This document shows positions 40,030 to 45,973 of a stretch of DNA of 45,973 bases, one piece after another (the stretch's first letter is position 1; the number at the start of each line of letters is the position of its first letter). Made by a program: the position numbers and the translations under genes. Origin of the DNA: an uncultured Lachnospiraceae bacterium. GTDB taxonomy: Bacteria; Bacillota; Clostridia; Oscillospirales; CAG-272. Location of the stretch: positions 1 through 45,973 of the forward strand of contig CAYWVC010000004.1 in the NCBI GenBank assembly GCA_964461635.1, read 5' to 3'. The notes under the pieces are model-generated. The model saw only the letters and a program-made list of their open reading frames with translations. It had not been told where the DNA came from and made no database searches.

Positions 40030-40749
40030 ATGGAACAGATCTACACGATACCGGTAAACGAAGCCTTCGAAGCCTCGGCTGCCGATCCCTCGCTCGGATG
40101 TCCGCTCTGTGCACTCTACCGCAAGCTTGAGGAAAACGAGCTTGATCTCATCCTCGGTGCTTCAATGATGGAGCCCGACGTGCGGGTGCTCACCAATGAG
40201 CTCGGCTTTTGCCCGACGCATTACGATATGATGTTCGTGCGCAAAAACAGGCTCGGTATGGCGCTGACCTTGGAATCCCATCTCAACGAGCTCCGAAAAG
40301 GCATCGCCGGCGGCGGAATACTGCAGAAGCCGGGCGAAAAAGCCGAAAAAAGGATCGAAAAGCTTGAGAGCTCCTGCTACGTTTGCGGACGTATCGAATA
40401 CAATTTTTCAAGGATGCTGAACACGGTCGTCTACCTTTGGGAGAACGACCCCGAATTCAGGGCAAAGTTTGCCGCTCAGCCGTATTTCTGCCTGCCTCAT
40501 TACCGCCGACTGCTTGAAACGGCAAGGGCTAAAATGTCAAAGAAGAACCTTCCCGCCTTCGTCAAGCAAACGGAGGAGATAGTGACGGCGTACTTCGATA
40601 CCCTGTCGGAGGACGTCTCCTGGTTCTGCAAAAAGTTCGATTACCGCTACGGCGACGAGCCGTGGTACAATTCAAAGGATGCGGTAGAGCGTGCTATGCG
40701 CTTTCTCGGAAGCGACCTGCACCGACCGCCGGAGAAAAAGAAGCTATGA
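40030..40749 (+). CDS. Conserved hypothetical protein (DUF6062-like), duplicated CxxC/CxxH motifs
   Basis: IYTIPVNEAF, CPLC, GFCPTH, CYVC, FCLPH, FDYR; start set to ATG 40030. Confidence 0.7.
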   Translation: MEQIYTIPVNEAFEASAADPSLGCPLCALYRKLEENELDLILGASMMEPDVRVLTNELGFCPTHYDMMFVRKNRLGMALTLESHLNELRKGIAGGGILQKPGEKAEKRIEKLESSCYVCGRIEYNFSRMLNTVVYLWENDPEFRAKFAAQPYFCLPHYRRLLETARAKMSKKNLPAFVKQTEEIVTAYFDTLSEDVSWFCKKFDYRYGDEPWYNSKDAVERAMRFLGSDLHRPPEKKKL

Positions 40750-41297
40750 TAGATCTGCTTGAATTACAGAAGGGCTTTATCCTGCGTCACCTCGGCGCGG
40801 GCGATACCGCCGCCGATTTTACGATGGGAAACGGCCACGACACCGAATTCCTCGTCAGAACAGTCGGAGAAAGCGGGAGGGTCTACGCCTTTGACGTACA
40901 AAGTCAAGCCGTAGAATCGACCGCCGCAAACCTTGCGGCGGCGGGCTGTCCCGAAAACTACACCCTCATACACGATTCCCATCACAACGCGGCAAAGTAT
41001 ATAGACGGCAAGATAAAGGCGGGAATGTTCAACCTCGGTTGGCTGCCGGGCGGCGACAAAAGCATAACGACTATGCGTGAGACCACGCTCCCCGCCATCA
41101 AAACGGCAATATCCCTGCTCGACACCGACGCGGTGCTGACCGTCGCGGTCTACCCCGGGCACGCGGAGGGAGATGCCGAGGGAAAGATGATCGACGAATA
41201 CCTGTCCGCCCTTCCCCGTTGGCACATATGCGCGACCAAGATAAAGATAGTCAACTCTCCCACCTCACCGTACTTTTTCCTCATTGAAAGCAAATGA
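40746..41297 (+). CDS. Class I SAM-dependent methyltransferase (YtqB/MnmM-like)
   Basis: DFTMGNGHDT, AFDVQ, MFNLGWLPGGDK, YPGH; start overlaps upstream stop (ATGA). Confidence 0.85.
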   Translation: MIDLLELQKGFILRHLGAGDTAADFTMGNGHDTEFLVRTVGESGRVYAFDVQSQAVESTAANLAAAGCPENYTLIHDSHHNAAKYIDGKIKAGMFNLGWLPGGDKSITTMRETTLPAIKTAISLLDTDAVLTVAVYPGHAEGDAEGKMIDEYLSALPRWHICATKIKIVNSPTSPYFFLIESK

Positions 41298-41319
41298 TCC
41301 GTAACGGAGGCATTCGAAT

Positions 41320-42624
41320 ATGAACGATCCCAAAAATATGACGCCCGAGCAGCGAAAAATATACGAGCAACGCAGGCGGGAATACCGTGCGCGGCGCGAT
41401 GCATACGAGGCTCAGCGCGAAGCCGAACGCCGTCGCCGTCAGGAAGCCGAAGCCGAACGCAGAAAAAAGATCCGGCGGCGTTGGATCATAGGCATTTCGG
41501 CAGCCGTTGCGGTAATAATTATCGCACTTGCGGTTGTTTTGACGGTAAAGCATATAACCGACGTCGATCCGTCCACTCCGCAGACCTTCACCTATTGGAT
41601 AGACGATGAGCGAACCCGCGTGGCATACAGCGAGGTCGTCGGCGACAGTAACGTCATCTACATCAATATGCGTCTGCTGAAAACCGCACTGACACTGACC
41701 GAGACCGGGAGCTCCGACGACGTGGTGAAATATACCTCCCGCTCAACGAAGAGCAACGCGGTCTTTACAAACGGCAGCAGCACGGCGGTCGTAAACGGTA
41801 TGAACGTCAGTATGCCCGCCCCCGCAAGAGTCAATGCAGACGAATGCTCGATACCGATAGACACGGTATCCTACATTTTCTCGGGCATAACGGTATCAAA
41901 AACGGCCAAGTCGGTCGTGATCGAAAGGAGCGGTGACACCGTGGATATACTTGCCAAAAGCACCGATACGTTAAGCCAAGTGATAGAATTCAGCCAAGAC
42001 CTCTCCGCTTACGAGGAGTATATGAACCCGCAGGGCGCGGACCGTGATAAGTACCTTCTTCTCGTCAACAAGAAAAACGGTCTTGACGCGGATTACGTTC
42101 CCGAAAACCTCGTAAACATAAGTGACAGCATTTTCGGCGGCAACGCAACGACGAGCGGTCAAATGGACGCCTGTGCCGAGAAAGCACTTTACGCTATGGT
42201 GACCGAGCTGCGAGCCGCGACCGACAACGGCTATATGTGCGTGCTGAGTGGGTATCGCTCCTACTCGTATCAAAAGAACGTCTTTGATCGCAATATGAAC
42301 GGTATGACGCTTGAGGAATCGCAAAACACGATCACCGACACCGCCTATCCGGGCTACAGCGAGCATCAGACCGGACTTTGCGCCGACCTTTGGGACACGC
42401 GCTACGATCCCACCGTTAACCCCTTCACCGATGACGCAACCTTTGAGTGGCTGACAAACAATGCGTGGAAATTCGGATTTATTCTGCGCTTCCCGACGGG
42501 AAAGGAGCAAACGACCGGGTACAGCTACGAATCGTGGCACTTCCGCTTCGTCGGCAGATATCACGCGCAAAAGATCTACTCATCGGGGCTGACCCTTGAG
42601 GAATATACCGAGACACTCAAATAA
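41320..42624 (+). CDS. Membrane-anchored M15B D-alanyl-D-alanine/LD-carboxypeptidase (VanY/LdcB-like)
   Basis: Charged N-terminus plus TM helix, LLVNK, SGYRS, SEHQTGL..D, YESWHFRFVG. Confidence 0.88.
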   Translation: MNDPKNMTPEQRKIYEQRRREYRARRDAYEAQREAERRRRQEAEAERRKKIRRRWIIGISAAVAVIIIALAVVLTVKHITDVDPSTPQTFTYWIDDERTRVAYSEVVGDSNVIYINMRLLKTALTLTETGSSDDVVKYTSRSTKSNAVFTNGSSTAVVNGMNVSMPAPARVNADECSIPIDTVSYIFSGITVSKTAKSVVIERSGDTVDILAKSTDTLSQVIEFSQDLSAYEEYMNPQGADRDKYLLLVNKKNGLDADYVPENLVNISDSIFGGNATTSGQMDACAEKALYAMVTELRAATDNGYMCVLSGYRSYSYQKNVFDRNMNGMTLEESQNTITDTAYPGYSEHQTGLCADLWDTRYDPTVNPFTDDATFEWLTNNAWKFGFILRFPTGKEQTTGYSYESWHFRFVGRYHAQKIYSSGLTLEEYTETLK

Positions 42625-42631
42625 CGAATCA

Positions 42632-42664
42632 CCGCGCGCCCGGCATAGTATGCCGGGCGCGCGG
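42632..42664 (+). terminator. Perfect 16-bp inverted repeat, terminator
   Basis: CCGCGCGCCCGGCATA-G-TATGCCGGGCGCGCGG. Confidence 0.7.
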
Positions 42665-42728
42665 ATCTTGATTTTCCTTCAACGCTCGTGAAAAATCGAA
42701 AAAGCGCCTTTAAAAAGCAAAAAAAATA

Positions 42729-42757
42729 TTGACAAACTCAAAGCCGTGTGGTATAAT
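42729..42757 (+). promoter_or_regulatory. Consensus sigmaA promoter of tRNA-Ser
   Basis: A-tract then TTGACA-17 nt-TATAAT with extended TG. Confidence 0.85.
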
Positions 42758-42801
42758 CATCGAGTCGGTCACGGTTTGATCGGCACAAATAAAATAAAAG
42801 T

Positions 42802-42893
42802 GGAGAAGTCGCCTAGCTTGGTCGAGGGCGCACGATTGGAAATCGTGTAACCGGTAAAACGGTTCGAGGGTTCGAATCCCTCCTTCTCCGCCA
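42802..42893 (+). tRNA. tRNA-Ser(GGA)
   Basis: Acceptor GGAGAAG/CTTCTCC, discriminator G, encoded CCA; anticodon stem CACGA/TCGTG with loop TTGGAAA; long variable arm; T-loop TTCGAAT. Confidence 0.97.
42836..42893 (+). repeat. attL: 58-bp direct repeat (3' part of tRNA-Ser)
   Basis: TTGGAAATCGTG...CTTCTCCGCCA identical to 45880-45937. Confidence 0.95.
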
Positions 42894-42896
42894 ATG

Positions 42897-42924
42897 AAAA
42901 AAGCAGGCGCAAACCTGCTCTTTT
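42897..42924. terminator. Element-supplied bidirectional terminator between tRNA and integrase
   Basis: A tract-AGCAGG-CGCAAA-CCTGCT-CTTTT. Confidence 0.65.
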
Positions 42925-43794
42925 CTATAATTCGCGGAATGCCTGAAGGCAAACCGATTGCATACGCACATCAGCGTGACTGTAAATATCAAGCGTGACA
43001 CTTACTGACGAATGACCGAGAACGCTTGAAACAATCTTCGGATTAACTCCGTATTCAAGCATATATGTCGCATACGAATGACGCAGATCGTGAAATCTTA
43101 TCGGAGGCAATCCCGCGCTCTGAAGTAGCTTCCGAAACTGCTTTCCGAGGCTCGCCGGGGAAAGGTTGCAAAGATACTCACCGCCTGTATTCTTTCGAAT
43201 TTGAAAGATCCGTTTCATAATATCAGGATCAAGAAGTATCTCGCGGTTGCTCTTCTCGGTTTTACAAGGTGTTACAACTTCTCTGCCGTGTTCTACAGAA
43301 CGTGTCCGCTGAATGTGAAGCACTCCGCGACTGATAGATATATCTCTTTCCGGTATAATTCCAAGGCATTCACCACGTCGAAGCCCGTAACAAAGCGACA
43401 GCAAAATCGGCGCTTCTATAGGTGAACCAGTACAGACGGCAAGCAAATGCTTTTTCTGCTCTCTGTCGAGCACAGTATATCTGAACCTTTGAGTCCTCGG
43501 CATATCAAAAAGCGCGTAAGGCGTTGATGAAACATATCCGCGCTTGATGCCGTAGTTAAGCATTTTTCGAACGCTCGCGTGAACATACACAACACTTTTT
43601 GCGGACAACCGACACAGAAGATCCGTCGAAAGTCTGTCAAGATCCCTAACGGTAAGCGATTCAACGTCAATTCCACCAATCAGCGGCAAAGCGTGTTTTT
43701 CCATATTCACACGGTATCCGCGAATGGTAGACTCGCGGAGCTGAACATTCATATAGTTTCGCTGAAAATCAAGATAAAGCTCGTTGACCGTCAT
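42925..43794 (-). CDS. Tyrosine recombinase/integrase (ICEBs1-like catalytic domain, 289 aa)
   Basis: GLRRGE (R), CKT (K), FHDLRH (HxxR), LGH, DIYSH (Y); GGAGG-7 nt-ATG overlapping rep stop. Confidence 0.95.
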   Translation of the reverse strand: MTVNELYLDFQRNYMNVQLRESTIRGYRVNMEKHALPLIGGIDVESLTVRDLDRLSTDLLCRLSAKSVVYVHASVRKMLNYGIKRGYVSSTPYALFDMPRTQRFRYTVLDREQKKHLLAVCTGSPIEAPILLSLCYGLRRGECLGIIPERDISISRGVLHIQRTRSVEHGREVVTPCKTEKSNREILLDPDIMKRIFQIRKNTGGEYLCNLSPASLGKQFRKLLQSAGLPPIRFHDLRHSYATYMLEYGVNPKIVSSVLGHSSVSVTLDIYSHADVRMQSVCLQAFREL

Positions 43795-44585
43795 TCCGTT
43801 GCCTCCGAAAAATAAGCTTCGGGCTCACTTTGATTATCAAACCACTTCACAGCTACATACTCATTGAAAAAGTCGGGCGAATCAATCATACGTAACATCA
43901 TATCTTGAACTATTGTTTCAGCTCCTGCAAGCCCTTTTGACGCATAATATGCGTGAGCGTTAAGCTCGGTAATCGTTGACATCGACTCTTTTGTGACATA
44001 CTTCATTATGTAACGGCTAACGGCTTCGGAGTTTTTGATTCGTTCTATCGAAGTATAACCGAATTTGTCGGCATAAGCTCGCCAAGTATAAACCGGAGTG
44101 CCGGATCTAATCCGTGCAAGTATGCGAATCGGTAGGTTGTCAGTAAGGCTGAAAGAATAAAGCTCGCTTTCCGGAAGCCCCGATAAAAACCCGTGCATAT
44201 GCCAACAGCCATCTTTATGCCTTTCGGGTATAAGAAGATATTTTACCTTATTTCCGCTTTTCTTCCGGAAATCACGGATCATCTGTGAAAGGTCCTTCCG
44301 AAATTTTTCAAGATCACGCCGATCGTATTTCTCCGGTGAAAGAGTAAGAGTGACGAACCAATCCCACGGATTACATACAGCAAGAGAAAATATACGTTCT
44401 TTTGTTCGACGCATATTATCAATAAGCTTGCGATCGTTTCCAGCTGTTCCCTTCTTGGTGTATTTGCGGTTTTGAAGTGCTTCGGAATTTAGCTTTTTAT
44501 ATATGTGAGTGAGCTTATAGCATTTTTCCGAATAGCGTTTCAGAACTCCAACGTCGTTGATAATTCTGTTAGAATATTTTATCAT
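43791..44585 (-). CDS. Rolling-circle replication initiator, HUH endonuclease with two tyrosines in motif III
   Basis: Motif I FVTLT, motif II WHMHG, motif III YIMKYVTK. Confidence 0.88.
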   Translation of the reverse strand: MIKYSNRIINDVGVLKRYSEKCYKLTHIYKKLNSEALQNRKYTKKGTAGNDRKLIDNMRRTKERIFSLAVCNPWDWFVTLTLSPEKYDRRDLEKFRKDLSQMIRDFRKKSGNKVKYLLIPERHKDGCWHMHGFLSGLPESELYSFSLTDNLPIRILARIRSGTPVYTWRAYADKFGYTSIERIKNSEAVSRYIMKYVTKESMSTITELNAHAYYASKGLAGAETIVQDMMLRMIDSPDFFNEYVAVKWFDNQSEPEAYFSEATE

Positions 44586-44638
44586 ATTTTCAAAAATGAA
44601 CGGGTGAAAATGTGGGTTTCCCGATTTATGATGCTATA

Positions 44639-44744
44639 GTCAAGTATTTATCTGTTATTATTATATAATATAATAGCGATCTCGCCGAGGGGATGCGGGG
44701 GGATGGCAAGCCATCCCCCTCGGTCTCCCCCTTCCCCGGCGAGA
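44639..44744. other. Candidate rolling-circle double-strand origin (AT-rich tract plus nested GC-rich hairpins)
   Basis: GGGGGATGGC-AA-GCCATCCCCC inside TCTCGCCG...CGGCGAGA, directly upstream of rep; minus-strand TACTTGAC at 44639-44646. Confidence 0.55.
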
Positions 44745-44763
44745 CGCACGCAAAAGTACATCT

Positions 44764-45075
44764 TTACACGTGCTCATTTCGCAGCTCGCGAAGCTTCTTC
44801 GCGGTTAACTGCTTATAGCGGTTATCATAACGAATAACATCGTTATAAGCTGAGAGAGCTTCCGACTTTAAGAAAGCGCGCAATTCTGCTTGAAGATCGA
44901 GAACCAACTGAATAACGCGATAATTTCTGCAAGGATCCCGAGCGAAAAGACAAAGCTCACAATAGTAAATGTCGCTAAGATATTTACAAATACATTCGCA
45001 AGTATTGACTTTTATATACTTTCGAACCGTTTCATCATACCGATAAAAAGAACAGGAATCTTGACGCATAGCCAC
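44764..45075 (-). CDS. Hypothetical Cys-rich 103-aa protein
   Basis: Fills the gap between leftward promoter and rep; AGGAAAGGAG upstream; CECIC and CELC motifs; start uncertain. Confidence 0.55.
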   Translation of the reverse strand: MAMRQDSCSFYRYDETVRKYIKVNTCECICKYLSDIYYCELCLFARDPCRNYRVIQLVLDLQAELRAFLKSEALSAYNDVIRYDNRYKQLTAKKLRELRNEHV

Positions 45076-45098
45076 TCACCCTTTTTTCTCCTTTCCTG

Positions 45099-45127
45099 TT
45101 GACAAGATCAACAACAGTAAATATAAT
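45099..45127 (+). promoter_or_regulatory. Rightward consensus sigmaA promoter for XRE gene
   Basis: TTGACA (45099-45104)-17 nt-TATAAT (45122-45127). Confidence 0.8.
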
Positions 45128-45128
45128 T

Positions 45129-45173
45129 ACGACGGTAATGTCGTTGCCACCATTATAATGACAAAAGCGTCAT
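45129..45173. promoter_or_regulatory. Two putative operators, AYGAC-N6-GTCRT
   Basis: ACGAC-GGTAAT-GTCGT (45129-45144) and ATGAC-AAAAGC-GTCAT (45158-45173). Confidence 0.6.
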
Positions 45174-45180
45174 ATGTCAA
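45152..45180 (-). promoter_or_regulatory. Leftward consensus sigmaA promoter for orf103-rep-int
   Basis: Minus strand TTGACA (45180-45175)-17 nt-TATAAT (45157-45152). Confidence 0.8.
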
Positions 45181-45206
45181 TACTTATTTGAATTTTGGAG
45201 GTCGTA

Positions 45207-45695
45207 ATGGAAGAAAAAATTTCGCGCCATCACAATTGGGAAGAACTCACGCCAGAGCAACGAGAATGGTTTAAAGAAGTTGAAAAAAAGAAGGGCTTAA
45301 AAGAAGCCTTCTTTACACTGCCTATGATGGATCCTGATGAATCATCAAATCCGATTAACGAGAAAATAAAAGATATAAGACTTGAAAACGGTTTGAGTCA
45401 GACTGATCTTGCAAACGTTCTCGGCATCAGTCAAAGAGTTTATTGGAGATACGAACAGCACGGTTATAAAGTAAGTCCCAGAACACTCAGAGAGTTAGCA
45501 ACTTTTTATAATGTATCGGCTGATTGGTTTATCGGCGCAATAGAAGAAAAAAAGCCTCTGTATGAAGTCCCGAAAAGATTCGGATTATTCACCTATACTC
45601 TTGATGAAGTCAGGCAACTTAAAGCGCAAGGTTATAAAATTCAAACGCAAGATGAAATATACGAGCATCTAAAAGCTGGCAAAAGTGGGTCTTAA
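45207..45695 (+). CDS. XRE-family helix-turn-helix regulator with ~45-aa N-terminal extension
   Basis: KIKDIRLENGLSQTDLANVLGISQRVYWRYE...LATFYNVSADWFIG; GGAGG RBS before ATG 45207. Confidence 0.88.
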   Translation: MEEKISRHHNWEELTPEQREWFKEVEKKKGLKEAFFTLPMMDPDESSNPINEKIKDIRLENGLSQTDLANVLGISQRVYWRYEQHGYKVSPRTLRELATFYNVSADWFIGAIEEKKPLYEVPKRFGLFTYTLDEVRQLKAQGYKIQTQDEIYEHLKAGKSGS

Positions 45696-45879
45696 ATCGC
45701 CTACAATCGATTTTGTGCCCTTCGGGCGGGTCTGGATATGGGGCACCACTCAACGCGCCGCACGGGGCTTTATTTTGCCTTGCTGCCCATCTCACGGCTC
45801 ATCGTTGCACGGCTTTCAAGGACAGGACTGGCTGAATACGCCCTGCGGGGCGTGGAGGAATTACCGTCGATGCTCGCAT

Positions 45880-45937
45880 TTGGAAATCGTGTAACCGGTA
45901 AAACGGTTCGAGGGTTCGAATCCCTCCTTCTCCGCCA
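45880..45937 (+). repeat. attR: displaced 3' fragment of tRNA-Ser
   Basis: Identical to 42836-42893; lacks the intact 5' half. Confidence 0.95.
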
Positions 45938-45942
45938 TCAAA

Positions 45943-45965
45943 GGGCGATAAAAAAGATATTGCCC
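45943..45965. terminator. Hairpin after attR, probably the original host tRNA terminator
   Basis: GGGCGATA-7 nt-TATTGCCC (one G-T pair). Confidence 0.45.
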
Positions 45966-45973
45966 CGAAAAAC

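Larger units (their letters stand above)
42836..45937. mobile_element. Minimal tRNA-Ser-integrated element (integrase, HUH Rep, small ORF, XRE regulator); 3,044 bp between repeat starts
   Basis: 58-bp perfect direct repeat at both ends, integrase next to the tRNA, visibly more AT-rich than flanking genes. Confidence 0.92.

Noticed and set aside
35027-42624. alr plus VanY-like peptidase as a possible glycopeptide resistance locus
   Set aside because: No D-Ala-D-Lac/Ser ligase, vanH/X or vanRS; the genes are unlinked housekeeping cell-wall enzymes
44615-44643. Minus-strand TTGACT as -35 of a rep promoter
   Set aside because: No -10 hexamer at 16-18 nt spacing (GAAACC at 17 nt)
45685-45894. 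69-aa ORF after the XRE gene, and ORFs 42710-42952 and 42813-43001 across the tRNA
   Set aside because: No convincing RBS or motifs; they overlap att/tRNA sequence
45880-45937. Second functional tRNA-Ser gene
   Set aside because: Only the 3' 58 nt are present; no proper D arm or anticodon stem

Overview
Mostly housekeeping chromosomal DNA from a moderately GC-rich Firmicute, with gene set and sigmaA promoters suggesting Clostridia: pepT, murA, ABC exporter pair, ftsK, gdhA, pcrA, secA, trmL, mnmA, nagB, alr, a YgiQ radical SAM protein, an Ogg-like glycosylase and an M15 peptidase. The last 3.1 kb holds tRNA-Ser(GGA) and a complete, AT-richer 3,044-bp element integrated into it. The element is bounded by a perfect 58-bp direct repeat starting at the anticodon loop and encodes only a short tyrosine integrase, a two-tyrosine HUH rolling-circle Rep, a Cys-rich 103-aa ORF and an XRE-HTH regulator. 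It also has a nested-hairpin candidate origin and two face-to-face perfect-consensus promoters with paired operator-like palindromes. Other oddities: a 45-aa Q/N-rich gene missing from the ORF track, a SigH-like sigma factor apparently starting at ACG, an Eda homolog lacking the Schiff-base lysine, and two copies of a ~116-bp multi-hairpin REP/MITE-like repeat. All calls come from reading motifs by eye; no searches were run.
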